Source: Escherichia coli
GTDB lineage: Bacteria; Pseudomonadota; Gammaproteobacteria; Enterobacterales; Enterobacteriaceae
Strand: one strand, 5' to 3'
NCBI RefSeq assembly: GCF_001677475.2
Contig: NZ_CP015229.1
DNA length: 64,000 bases
Shown: in pieces, positions 36,956 through 46,734 of the stretch
How the letters are laid out: every line of letters starts with the position of its first letter
Position numbering within the stretch: position 1 is the first letter of the stretch
Translations under genes and position numbers: made by a program
Notes under the pieces: generated by a model
What the model was told of the DNA's origin: nothing
What the model saw: only the letters and a program-made list of their open reading frames with translations
Database searches by the model: none

Positions 36956-38209
36956 ATGTGCGAACATCATCATGCCGCGAAGCACATCCTGTGCTCGCAG
37001 TGTGACATGCTGGTGGCGTTACCGCGCCTTGAGCATGGTCAGAAAGCGGCATGTCCCCGGTGTGGCACAACGTTAACCGTGGCGTGGGATGCCCCTCGGC
37101 AGCGTCCCACCGCCTATGCGTTGGCTGCACTGTTCATGCTGTTGCTGTCCAACTTGTTTCCTTTTGTGAATATGAACGTTGCAGGAGTTACCAGTGAAAT
37201 TACATTACTGGAAATTCCCGGCGTGCTTTTTTCTGAGGACTACGCCAGCCTCGGCACCTTTTTCCTGTTGTTTGTGCAACTGGTTCCCGCGTTTTGTCTG
37301 ATAACCATTCTGTTACTGGTGAATCGCGCGGAATTACCGGTCCGTTTAAAAGAGCAACTGGCACGGGTGCTTTTTCAACTCAAAACCTGGGGAATGGCGG
37401 AGATTTTCCTTGCGGGTGTGCTGGTCAGTTTCGTTAAACTGATGGCCTACGGCAGCATTGGTGTCGGCAGCAGCTTTCTCCCCTGGTGTTTATTTTGTGT
37501 CCTGCAACTGCGCGCCTTTCAGTGCGTTGATCGTCGCTGGTTGTGGGACGATATCGCCCCGATGCCAGAACTGCGCCAGCCGCTAAAACCTGGCGTCACG
37601 GGGATACGTCAGGGGCTGCGTTCTTGCTCCTGTTGTACGGCAATCCTTCCTGCTGATGAACCCGTATGCCCGCGCTGTGGTACTAAAGGGTACGTTCGGC
37701 GTAGAAACAGCCTGCAATGGACACTCGCGCTGCTTGTAACGTCCATCATGCTGTATCTTCCGGCTAATATTTTGCCCATCATGGTGACGGATTTATTAGG
37801 CTCGAAGATGCCATCGACGATTCTCGCTGGGGTCATCCTGTTATGGAGCGAAGGATCTTATCCCGTCGCTGCGGTTATCTTTCTGGCCAGTATTATGGTG
37901 CCAACGTTAAAGATGATCGCCATAGCGTGGTTGTGTTGGGATGCCAAAGGGCATGGCAAGCGCGACAGTGAAAGAATGCATTTGATTTATGAAGTTGTTG
38001 AGTTTGTAGGCCGCTGGTCGATGATTGACGTTTTCGTTATCGCGGTGCTCTCGGCGCTGGTGCGTATGGGAGGTTTAATGAGTATTTATCCGGCAATGGG
38101 TGCATTAATGTTTGCTTTAGTCGTCATAATGACAATGTTTTCTGCTATGACGTTTGACCCGCGTTTGTCGTGGGATCGTCAACCTGAATCAGAGCATGAG
38201 GAGTCCTGA
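36956..38209 (+). CDS. pqiA: Paraquat-inducible membrane protein PqiA
   Basis: 417 aa; paired CxxC zinc-ribbon-like motifs and TM helices. Confidence 0.85.
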   Translation: MCEHHHAAKHILCSQCDMLVALPRLEHGQKAACPRCGTTLTVAWDAPRQRPTAYALAALFMLLLSNLFPFVNMNVAGVTSEITLLEIPGVLFSEDYASLGTFFLLFVQLVPAFCLITILLLVNRAELPVRLKEQLARVLFQLKTWGMAEIFLAGVLVSFVKLMAYGSIGVGSSFLPWCLFCVLQLRAFQCVDRRWLWDDIAPMPELRQPLKPGVTGIRQGLRSCSCCTAILPADEPVCPRCGTKGYVRRRNSLQWTLALLVTSIMLYLPANILPIMVTDLLGSKMPSTILAGVILLWSEGSYPVAAVIFLASIMVPTLKMIAIAWLCWDAKGHGKRDSERMHLIYEVVEFVGRWSMIDVFVIAVLSALVRMGGLMSIYPAMGALMFALVVIMTMFSAMTFDPRLSWDRQPESEHEES

Positions 38210-38213
38210 CAGT

Positions 38214-39854
38214 ATGGAATCTAATAATGGGGAAGCCAAAATCCAGAAAGTGAAGAACTGGTCTCCCGTGTGGATATTTCCTATCGTCACGGCGCTCATT
38301 GGGGCCTGGGTTCTTTTTTATCATTACAGCCATCAGGGGCCGGAAGTGACCCTGATCACCGCGAATGCGGAAGGAATAGAAGGTGGTAAAACCACCATTA
38401 AAAGCCGTAGCGTTGACGTCGGCGTGGTTGAAAGCGCCACACTGGCTGATGATTTGACGCACGTTGAAATCAAAGCGCGGCTGAATTCCGGTATGGAAAA
38501 ATTGCTGCATAAAGATACCGTCTTTTGGGTGGTGAAACCGCAGATTGGTCGAGAAGGGATTAGCGGCCTGGGAACTCTGCTGTCTGGTGTTTATATCGAA
38601 CTGCAGCCAGGCGCGAAAGGCAGCAAAATGGATAAATACGATTTGCTGGACTCACCACCGTTGGCCCCGCCTGATGCGAAAGGTATCCGTGTGATTCTCG
38701 ATAGCAAAAAAGCCGGGCAGCTCTCGCCAGGAGATCCCGTGCTGTTCCGTGGCTATCGGGTAGGTTCGGTTGAAACCAGCACCTTCGATACGCAAAAACG
38801 CAATATCAGCTATCAACTGTTCATCAATGCACCTTATGACCGACTGGTGACCAGCAATGTTCGCTTCTGGAAAGATAGTGGCATTGCGGTTGATTTGACG
38901 TCAGCGGGAATGCGTGTGGAGATGGGCTCATTGACAACGCTGCTTAGTGGCGGTGTCAGCTTTGATGTGCCGGAAGGTCTGGATTTAGGGCAGCCAGTGG
39001 CACCGAAAACAGCTTTCGTTTTGTATGATGATCAGAAGAGCATTCAGGATTCGTTGTATACCGATCACATTGATTATCTGATGTTCTTTAAAGATTCGGT
39101 ACGCGGTCTGCAACCGGGAGCTCCGGTAGAATTCCGGGGTATTCGCCTGGGTACCGTAAGCAAAGTGCCATTCTTTGCGCCGAATATGCGTCAGACATTT
39201 AACGATGATTACCGTATTCCGGTACTGATTCGTATCGAGCCAGAGCGGCTGAAAATGCAGCTTGGCGAAAATGCGGATGTTGTTGAGCACCTTGGCGAAT
39301 TGTTGAAACGTGGTTTACGCGGATCGCTGAAAACCGGAAACCTGGTCACTGGCGCACTGTATGTTGATCTCGATTTCTATCCAAATACGCCTGCAATAAC
39401 CGGTATTCGTGAATTTAATGGTTATCAGATTATCCCGACCGTTAGCGGCGGTCTGGCGCAAATCCAGCAACGACTGATGGAAGCGTTAGATAAGATCAAC
39501 AAACTGCCATTGAATCCGATGATTGAACAGGCAACCAGTACGCTTTCTGAAAGTCAGCGCACAATGAAAAACCTGCAAACGACGCTGGATAGCATGAACA
39601 AGATCCTCGCCAGCCAGTCGATGCAGCAGTTACCGACGGATATGCAGTCAACGTTGCGTGAATTGAATCGCAGTATGCAGGGCTTCCAGCCTGGCTCCGC
39701 AGCCTACAACAAGATGGTGGCGGATATGCAGCGACTTGATCAGGTGTTGCGAGAACTGCAACCGGTGCTGAAAACGCTCAACGAGAAGAGTAACGCGCTG
39801 GTATTTGAAGCGAAGGACAAAAAAGATCCAGAGCCGAAGAGGGCTAAACAATGA
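38214..39854 (+). CDS. pqiB: MCE-domain lipid transport protein PqiB
   Basis: ATG at 38214 (MESNNGEAKIQKVKNWSPVW), 546 aa; track ORF begins further upstream inside pqiA. Confidence 0.85.
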   Translation: MESNNGEAKIQKVKNWSPVWIFPIVTALIGAWVLFYHYSHQGPEVTLITANAEGIEGGKTTIKSRSVDVGVVESATLADDLTHVEIKARLNSGMEKLLHKDTVFWVVKPQIGREGISGLGTLLSGVYIELQPGAKGSKMDKYDLLDSPPLAPPDAKGIRVILDSKKAGQLSPGDPVLFRGYRVGSVETSTFDTQKRNISYQLFINAPYDRLVTSNVRFWKDSGIAVDLTSAGMRVEMGSLTTLLSGGVSFDVPEGLDLGQPVAPKTAFVLYDDQKSIQDSLYTDHIDYLMFFKDSVRGLQPGAPVEFRGIRLGTVSKVPFFAPNMRQTFNDDYRIPVLIRIEPERLKMQLGENADVVEHLGELLKRGLRGSLKTGNLVTGALYVDLDFYPNTPAITGIREFNGYQIIPTVSGGLAQIQQRLMEALDKINKLPLNPMIEQATSTLSESQRTMKNLQTTLDSMNKILASQSMQQLPTDMQSTLRELNRSMQGFQPGSAAYNKMVADMQRLDQVLRELQPVLKTLNEKSNALVFEAKDKKDPEPKRAKQ

Positions 39855-40414
39855 AAAAGTGGCTAGTGACAATTGCAGCACTGTGGCTGGCCGGATGCAG
39901 CTCCGGCGAAATTAATAAAAACTATTACCAGTTACCTGTGGTGCAGAGCGGTACACAAAGTACCGCCAGCCAGGGCAATCGCCTGTTATGGGTAGAGCAG
40001 GTCGCTGTACCTGACTATCTGGCGGGGAATGGTGTGGTTTATCAAACCAGTGATGTGAAGTATGTGATTGCCAACAACAACTTGTGGGCCAGCCCGTTGG
40101 ATCAACAGTTGCGCAACACCCTGGTAGCCAACCTGAGCACGCAACTGCCCGGCTGGGTGGTTGCCTCCCAGCCTCTGGGAAGCGCCCAGGATACGCTCAA
40201 TGTTACCGTAACGGAGTTTAACGGGCGCTATGATGGCAAGGTCATTGTCAGTGGTGAGTGGTTGTTGAACCACCAGGGACAACTGATCAAACGTCCGTTC
40301 CGTCTGGAAGGGGTGCAAACTCAGGATGGTTACGATGAAATGGTTAAAGTGCTGGCCAGTGTCTGGAGTCAGGAAGCCGCTTCTATTGCGCAAGAGATAA
40401 AGCGTCTACCGTAA
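39851..40414 (+). CDS. pqiC: Lipoprotein PqiC (YmbA)
   Basis: Lipobox LAGCSS; overlaps pqiB stop (ATGA). Confidence 0.8.
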   Translation: MKKWLVTIAALWLAGCSSGEINKNYYQLPVVQSGTQSTASQGNRLLWVEQVAVPDYLAGNGVVYQTSDVKYVIANNNLWASPLDQQLRNTLVANLSTQLPGWVVASQPLGSAQDTLNVTVTEFNGRYDGKVIVSGEWLLNHQGQLIKRPFRLEGVQTQDGYDEMVKVLASVWSQEAASIAQEIKRLP

Positions 40415-40435
40415 TCATAAAGATTTGTAAATATA

Positions 40436-40472
40436 ACCGTCTCCGGTATGTTGCCTGAGGCGGTTTTTTTGT
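40436..40472 (+). terminator. Rho-independent terminator after pqiC
   Basis: accgtctc ... gaggcggt stem followed by T7. Confidence 0.7.
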
Positions 40473-40669
40473 TTCTAACTTGCGGAAAAAGTTGTTCCTC
40501 TTCACATTTTTTGTACAACCGACATGCCCGTGTAGCTCACAAATATGACAGTGGCGTGAATTTTGCGCATTGACGGCAGTTATGATTCGCGGTATTGCTT
40601 AACTGTGATTGCACATTTAGTAATCACTGTTTTCTTTTCCACCAGAAACCAGTATGAGGGAAACGAGGC

Positions 40670-40837
40670 ATGAAGAGACAAAAACGAGATCGCCTGGAAC
40701 GGGCACATCAACGTGGTTATCAGGCCGGCATCGCCGGACGCTCAAAAGAAATGTGTCCCTATCAGACGCTGAATCAAAGGTCACAATGGCTGGGAGGCTG
40801 GCGAGAAGCCATGGCGGACAGGGTAGTAATGGCCTGA
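40670..40837 (+). CDS. rmf: Ribosome modulation factor
   Basis: 55-aa ORF MKRQKRDRLERAHQRGYQAGIAGRSKEMCPYQ...RVVMA; below the 60-aa cutoff of the supplied ORF track, which instead lists a different-frame ORF at 40654-40851. Confidence 0.85.
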   Translation: MKRQKRDRLERAHQRGYQAGIAGRSKEMCPYQTLNQRSQWLGGWREAMADRVVMA

Positions 40838-40847
40838 TTCTGTCTCT

Positions 40848-40887
40848 TTAAAAAGAAACCTCCGCATTGCGGAGGTTTCGCCTTTTG
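40848..40887. terminator. Bidirectional terminator between convergent rmf and fabA
   Basis: cctccgc-att-gcggagg hairpin flanked by A and T runs. Confidence 0.75.
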
Positions 40888-40906
40888 ATACTCTGTCTGA
40901 TTATAA

Positions 40907-41425
40907 TCAGAAGGCAGACGTATCCTGGAACAGACCGACTTTCAGGTCGCTGGCGGTATAGATCAGACGACCATCAACCAACACTTCGCCATCTGCCAGA
41001 CCCATAATCAGACGACGATTAACAATGCGTTTAAAGTGAATACGGTAGGTCACTTTTTTCGCTGTCGGCAGTACCTGACCAGTGAATTTCACTTCGCCAA
41101 CGCCCAGCGCGCGGCCTTTACCTTCGCCGCCCAGCCAGCCGAGGTAGAACCCTACCAGCTGCCACATTGCATCCAGGCCCAGGCATCCCGGCATAACCGG
41201 ATCGCCAATGAAGTGGCATCCGAAGAACCACAGATCCGGATTGATATCCAGTTCTGCTTCAACATACCCTTTGTCGAAGTTACCACCCGTTTCGGTCATT
41301 TTGACCACACGGTCCATCATCAGCATGTTCGGTGCTGGCAATTGCGGGCCTTTAGCGCCAAACAGTTCACCGCGACCAGAGGCAAGAAGGTCTTCTTTTG
41401 TATAGGATTCGCGTTTATCTACCAT
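40907..41425 (-). CDS. fabA: 3-hydroxydecanoyl-ACP dehydratase/isomerase
   Basis: ATG at 41425 ([23 protein letters not shown]), 172 aa; active-site region [11 protein letters not shown]. Confidence 0.9.
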
Positions 41426-41493
41426 GTTCTCTGTAAGCCTTATTTTATTGAAGCACGCAGGATAGCTAACACGTGTACGCTGAACAAGTCCGA

Positions 41494-43254
41494 TCAGTTC
41501 GGAATAAACCAGTTCAGCCAACGTAATGGCCATGGAAAACGGTGACGTCCTTCCTGTTGCGATGCTTGCGCGATACGTTCCTGGATGGTTTGCATCAGCG
41601 TCGTTTGGCCTTCGCCATCCCACACCAGATTTAATAATAACGGCAGTGCGTCAGTCACATCGTCTACTGCCCAGATGGTGAATTTGCCTTCTTCTACCGC
41701 TTTCACCAGTTCACTGTGAAGACTTAAATGGCGAACGTTAGCTGTGGGGATAATGACACCTTGTTTCCCGGTTAACTCACGTTGCTGGCAAATAGCAAAG
41801 AAGCCTTCGATTTTCTCATTTAAACCACCGACCGGCTGGGCGCGACCGAACTGATCGACTGAACCTGTGATAGCGATACTCTGATTCACCGGCACATCGG
41901 CGAGGGCGCTTATCAGGGCGCAGAGTTCAGCCATCGAGGCACTATCGCCATCCACTTCACTGTATGACTGCTCAAATGTCAGCGATGCTGAGAAGGGGAT
42001 CTGTTGCTCAAGCTGTAGTTCCGACATCAGGAACGCCTGCATGATCATCATCCCTTTCGCATGGATATTGCCGCCAAGCTCCGCTTTGCGTTCGATGTCG
42101 GTGAATTCACCATCGCCAATATGCACAACGCAGCTAATGCGAGAAGGTTCGCCAAAAGCGCGTGGATGACCCGGAAATTCAATGACCGAAAGGGCGTTAA
42201 TTTGCCCGATGCGTTCGCCTTCGGTTTCAATCAGGATTTGCTCCTGAAGGATCTCATCCTGCATGCGTTCAGCGAGGAAACCTTCACGCCATTCACGCTG
42301 CTGCAGCATTAAGTTTAGCTGCTCGCCGGAGAAGGTGTCGCCATCGCACAGGGAGGCGACCTCTTTACACTGGCGGAGGATCCACTGCGGGCTAAGCGGA
42401 AGTGTTTCTTGTTCACCGGTGTAGCGGGCTGCTTCGCGGATAAGTACCGGCCAGGCATCCGCTCCCGGTGCAGGTAAGTGATTATGTCTTGCGGTCAATG
42501 TTACCCAGCGACACCACTGACTTACTGACTCCGCATCGACAATCTGCAGAGTATCTTCAAATTCGCTATAAATAGCCTGCTCTGAAAGCTCTGGTTCCAT
42601 CTCCTGGAAATCAGCCAATGATTCGCGTTCGCCTACCAGAATGACTTTCAGCTTCAATGGCATCGAAGGCACAGAGACGGGGAGAGGGCGCGACTCATCA
42701 AACGCAACCCAGTCAAAACGCTCGCGGTTAACGATATTTTTCAGCCGCATCCACAGCAGAGGTTGCGCCAGCAGTGTACGCAAAGAGATGATGAGAATAC
42801 CGCCATTTGCCTGATGCACCAGACCTGGCTGCAGGGTAATGTCGCCATTAAACTGGCGCAGGCAGCCAAAGAGTTGTTCCGCTTCTACCCAGTCGGCAGC
42901 GACAACTTGCGTTAAAGTCGCAAAATTATCATCTGCACTCACTGCGTTACGTAAGCGGATGGTGTGCCCGGAAACCTCATAGTGACCGCCCACCAGTTGG
43001 CCTGCATCGCTTTGTAGCGCACGCGCGGCATCGGCAATAAGATTCAGATACTCAGACTCTTCCGGGGCCTTCGCCAGCATAAAAGAGGAGGATGCTCGCG
43101 TATGCAGCAGCTGCTCCAGCGCAAATTGCAGCCGCGGTTGAGTATCACTGAATAAAGGATCGTTTTCGTCAATCAAATGTGGCTGAGCAAATATTTCCTG
43201 ATAGCTATCGGTATCAGGAACCAGGTCACGCCATGCAAGTTTCGTAATGGTCAA
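41494..43254 (-). CDS. ycbZ: Lon-like protease homolog YcbZ (no AAA+ module)
   Basis: 586 aa; Lon S16 proteolytic-domain-like motif DGDSAS near C-terminus. Confidence 0.8.
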
Positions 43255-43439
43255 AGTTGATGTTTTTTAGTCTGTTGTCAAAGCCGCGATTATACCGTAA
43301 CCGGCACTGCAGCACACGTATAAAGCACCGACAATACTCCTGGCATGGGCGTTAAAGCTCACAGGATGGAGATTCTTTTCTTCACTGGCCTAAAAAGCTG
43401 ATATTCTGTAAAGAGTTACACGGTAACATTGAGATCGCT

Positions 43440-43892
43440 ATGAAATATCAACAACTTGAAAATCTTGAAAGCGGTTGGAAATGGAAGTATCTGGTGAAGA
43501 AGCATCGCGAAGGGGAGTTAATCACCCGTTACATAGAAGCCAGTGCCGCCCAGGAAGCCGTCGATGTGTTGCTCTCGCTGGAAAATGAACCCGTGCTGGT
43601 CAATGGCTGGATTGACAAGCATATGAATCCGGAACTGGTCAATCGCATGAAGCAAACCATTCGGGCCAGACGGAAGCGCCATTTTAATGCGGAACACCAG
43701 CATACGCGCAAAAAATCGATCGATCTGGAATTTATTGTCTGGCAACGTCTGGCTGGTCTTGCGCAGCGTCGCGGTAAAACGCTTTCTGAAACGATTGTTC
43801 AGCTGATTGAAGATGCGGAAAACAAAGAGAAATACGCGAATAAAATGTCTTCTTTGAAGCAGGATCTGCAGGCATTGCTGGGTAAGGAATAA
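43440..43892 (+). CDS. matP: Macrodomain Ter protein MatP
   Basis: 150 aa; matches recalled MatP N-terminus [19 protein letters not shown]. Confidence 0.85.
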
Positions 43893-43924
43893 CTGACGAA
43901 AGTCAGTTCAATTTTCTAAAGACG

Positions 43925-43956
43925 AAAAAAAACCCCGCAGCAGCGGGGTTTTTTAC
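43925..43956. terminator. Bidirectional terminator between convergent matP and ompA
   Basis: A8-ccccgc-agca-gcgggg-T6. Confidence 0.85.
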
Positions 43957-43967
43957 CAGACGAGAAC

Positions 43968-45020
43968 TTAAGCCTGCGGCTGAGTTACAACGTCTTTGAT
44001 GCCTTTAACTTCGATCTCTACGCGACGATCCGGAGCCAGGCAGTCGATCAGTGCAGCACGCTGTTTCACGTTGTCACAGGTGTTGCCAGTAACCGGGTTG
44101 GATTCGCCCATACCACGTGCGGAGATCTTGTCTGCCGGGATACCTTTGGAGATCAGGTAATCAACAACAGACTGAGCACGGCGCTCGGACAGACCCTGGT
44201 TGTAAGCGTCAGAACCGATGCGGTCAGTGTAACCCAGAACAACTACGGAACCGTCTTTCGGATCCAGGTTGCTCAGCTGGCTGTACAGCTGATCCAGAGC
44301 AGCCTGACCTTCCGGTTTCAGGGTTGCTTTGTTGAAGGTGAACAGAACGTCAGACTTCAGAGTGAAGTGCTTGGTCTGTACTTCCGGTGCCGGAGCTGGA
44401 GCCGGAGCAACTACTGGAGCTGCTTCGCCCTGACCGAAACGGTAGGAAACACCCAGGCTCAGCATGCCGTTGTCCGGACGAGTACCGATGGTGTGTGCGT
44501 CACCGATGTTGTTGGTCCACTGGTATTCCAGACGGGTAGCGATTTCAGGAGTGATCGCGTACTCAACACCGCCAGCGAAAACCGGAGAAACGCCGGTGTC
44601 GTGGTCTTTAAAAGATGCGCCACCAGGTACGTTAGCCTTGGTGTCTGCACGCCATACCATACCACCCAGACGAGTGTAGATGTCCAGATCGTCAGTGATT
44701 GGGTAACCCAGTTTAGCGGTCAGCTGAACGCCCTGAGCTTTGTATGCGCCGTTGATGTTGTCGCCTTTGTACGGCATACGACCTAACCAGTCGTAACCCA
44801 TTTCAAAGCCAACATACGGGTTAACCTGGTAACCACCAAAAGCACCTGCACCCAGTTGGTTTTCGTGGGTCGGACCATTGTTAGGAATAAAACCAGTGTC
44901 ATGGTACTGGGACCAGCCCAGTTTAGCACCAGTGTACCAGGTGTTATCTTTCGGAGCGGCCTGCGCTACGGTAGCGAAACCAGCCAGTGCCACTGCAATC
45001 GCGATAGCTGTCTTTTTCAT
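43968..45020 (-). CDS. ompA: Outer membrane protein A (variant surface-loop allele)
   Basis: ATG at 45020 ([21 protein letters not shown]); 350 aa versus 346 in recalled K-12 form; APAPAPAP hinge and OmpA C-terminal domain. Confidence 0.9.
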   Translation of the reverse strand: MKKTAIAIAVALAGFATVAQAAPKDNTWYTGAKLGWSQYHDTGFIPNNGPTHENQLGAGAFGGYQVNPYVGFEMGYDWLGRMPYKGDNINGAYKAQGVQLTAKLGYPITDDLDIYTRLGGMVWRADTKANVPGGASFKDHDTGVSPVFAGGVEYAITPEIATRLEYQWTNNIGDAHTIGTRPDNGMLSLGVSYRFGQGEAAPVVAPAPAPAPEVQTKHFTLKSDVLFTFNKATLKPEGQAALDQLYSQLSNLDPKDGSVVVLGYTDRIGSDAYNQGLSERRAQSVVDYLISKGIPADKISARGMGESNPVTGNTCDNVKQRAALIDCLAPDRRVEIEVKGIKDVVTQPQA

Positions 45021-45153
45021 TTTTTGCGCCTCGTTATCATCCAAAATACGCCATGAATATCTCCAACGAGATAACACGGTTAAATCCTTCACCGGGGGAT
45101 CTGCTCAATATTAACTCTACCGATATCTTCGGCTTATGCCGAGCACCCCTGGC
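45021..45153 (-). promoter_or_regulatory. ompA 5' untranslated leader (sRNA/Hfq target region)
   Basis: Long untranslated region upstream of ompA ATG; extent taken from recalled K-12 133-nt leader, transcription start not verifiable here. Confidence 0.45.
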
Positions 45154-45376
45154 GATGTAAAGTCTACAACGTAGTTGAAAACTTACAAGTGTGAACTCCG
45201 TCAGGCATATGAAAAAAAAGTCTTGTATAAGGTACGTTTAATCTTTTTTGTCAGCGACAATTTACAGAAGAAAATCGCGGAAACCGCTTCAGACAAGCCT
45301 CTGCAAGGAAAATTAGTCACGACTGAAAGCATTGGCTGGGCGACAAAAAAAGTTCCAGGATTAATCCTAAATTTAC

Positions 45377-45886
45377 TTAATGATACAAATTAGAGTGAAT
45401 TTTTAGCCCGGAAAGTTGTCTCGTTGCGTGAGAGGATGCGCTTACCGGACGCATAATAAACCCCATAGCGTTACCTTCATTTGCCGCATCAACAAGTTCA
45501 GCATGCTCTTCTTCAGTCAAATCATCTGCCAACCAACCGATCACCACACTGTAATTGCCCGTGCGTAAAGCGCGAACCATTGACTCCACGGTGTGGCAAG
45601 GGGAGAGCTGGTTAATCTGCATTACTTTCGTTAAGGGTAGCCCAGATGCCTGAACCCATTCCCGACTCAGTTTTTGTTGCGGTGTTAACCAGAGTTGCCA
45701 GCGCGATTGCTGACCGAGTTGCTGTAACAATGGCAACAGTAGAAGTTGCGTCATCATGGGCTGATCTTCGCGATAGACAACTTCACTGATAAGCCCGGCT
45801 GTAGTGTTTTCCGTAGAGACACGCGCAATTTTACTTGCTGCGGATGAGAACGACGAAGAACGATGTGCATAGCCTGAAGTGTACAT
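45377..45886 (-). CDS. sulA: SOS cell division inhibitor SulA
   Basis: ATG at 45886 ([23 protein letters not shown]), 169 aa. Confidence 0.9.
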   Translation of the reverse strand: MYTSGYAHRSSSFSSAASKIARVSTENTTAGLISEVVYREDQPMMTQLLLLPLLQQLGQQSRWQLWLTPQQKLSREWVQASGLPLTKVMQINQLSPCHTVESMVRALRTGNYSVVIGWLADDLTEEEHAELVDAANEGNAMGFIMRPVSASSHATRQLSGLKIHSNLYH

Positions 45887-45908
45887 AATCAATCCAGCCC
45901 CTGTGAGT

Positions 45909-45928
45909 TACTGTATGGATGTACAGTA
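45909..45928 (-). promoter_or_regulatory. LexA operator (SOS box) of sulA
   Basis: Minus strand TACTGTACATCCATACAGTA, fits CTGT-N8-ACAG consensus, 23 bp upstream of sulA ATG. Confidence 0.85.
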
Positions 45929-46104
45929 CATCCAGTGACGACAAAGATCAACCCTATTTTCGGAAAGAGCCTCGCAAATTTTGTCGTTGGTGACGGGAAA
46001 ACATAAATTAATCTTGCCCCTTAAGAATAAGTTGCCTATTTTCGTAGTTAACGGATCCGTTAATGTGAATCATTCTTTTACGTTATGATTTTAAAAGGAA
46101 TTTT

Positions 46105-46734
46105 ATGAAAAGCCTCTCCTATAAGCGGATCTATAAATCACAAGAATACCTGGCAACGTTGGGCACAATTGAATACCGATCATTGTTTGGTAGTTACAGC
46201 CTGACCGTTGACGACACGGTGTTTGCGATGGTTTCTGATGGTGAGTTGTATCTTCGGGCTTGTGAGCAAAGTGCACAGTACTGTGTAAAACATCCGCCTG
46301 TCTGGCTGACATATAAAAAGTGTGGCCGATCCGTTACCCTCAATTACTATCGGGTTGATGAAAGTCTATGGCGAAATCAACTGAAGCTGGTGCGTCTGTC
46401 GAAATATTCTCTCGATGCTGCGCTGAAAGAGAAAAGCACGCGCAATACCCGGGAAAGACTGAAAGATTTGCCCAATATGTCTTTTCATCTGGAAGCGATT
46501 CTCGGGGAGGTGGGGATTAAGGATGTACGGGCGTTACGTATACTTGGGGCAAAAATGTGTTGGTTGCGACTGCGGCAGCAAAACAGTCTGGTGACAGAAA
46601 AGATTCTGTTTATGCTTGAAGGGGCCATTATCGGCATTCATGAAGCTGCGCTCCCGGTGGCACGCCGCCAGGAGCTTGCAGAATGGGCTGACTCTCTTAC
46701 GCCGAAACAGGAGTTTCCTGCGGAACTTGAGTAA
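46105..46734 (+). CDS. sxy: Competence regulator Sxy/TfoX
   Basis: 209 aa; matches recalled Sxy N-terminus MKSLSYKRIYKSQEYLATLG. Confidence 0.85.
   Translation: MKSLSYKRIYKSQEYLATLGTIEYRSLFGSYSLTVDDTVFAMVSDGELYLRACEQSAQYCVKHPPVWLTYKKCGRSVTLNYYRVDESLWRNQLKLVRLSKYSLDAALKEKSTRNTRERLKDLPNMSFHLEAILGEVGIKDVRALRILGAKMCWLRLRQQNSLVTEKILFMLEGAIIGIHEAALPVARRQELAEWADSLTPKQEFPAELE

Noticed and set aside
40654-40851. 65-aa track ORF in the rmf region
   Set aside because: A different frame over the same DNA encodes the recognisable Rmf protein
45175-45393. 72-aa plus-strand ORF between ompA and sulA
   Set aside because: Lies in the AT-rich ompA leader/promoter region and overlaps the sulA 3' end; no SD; considered spurious
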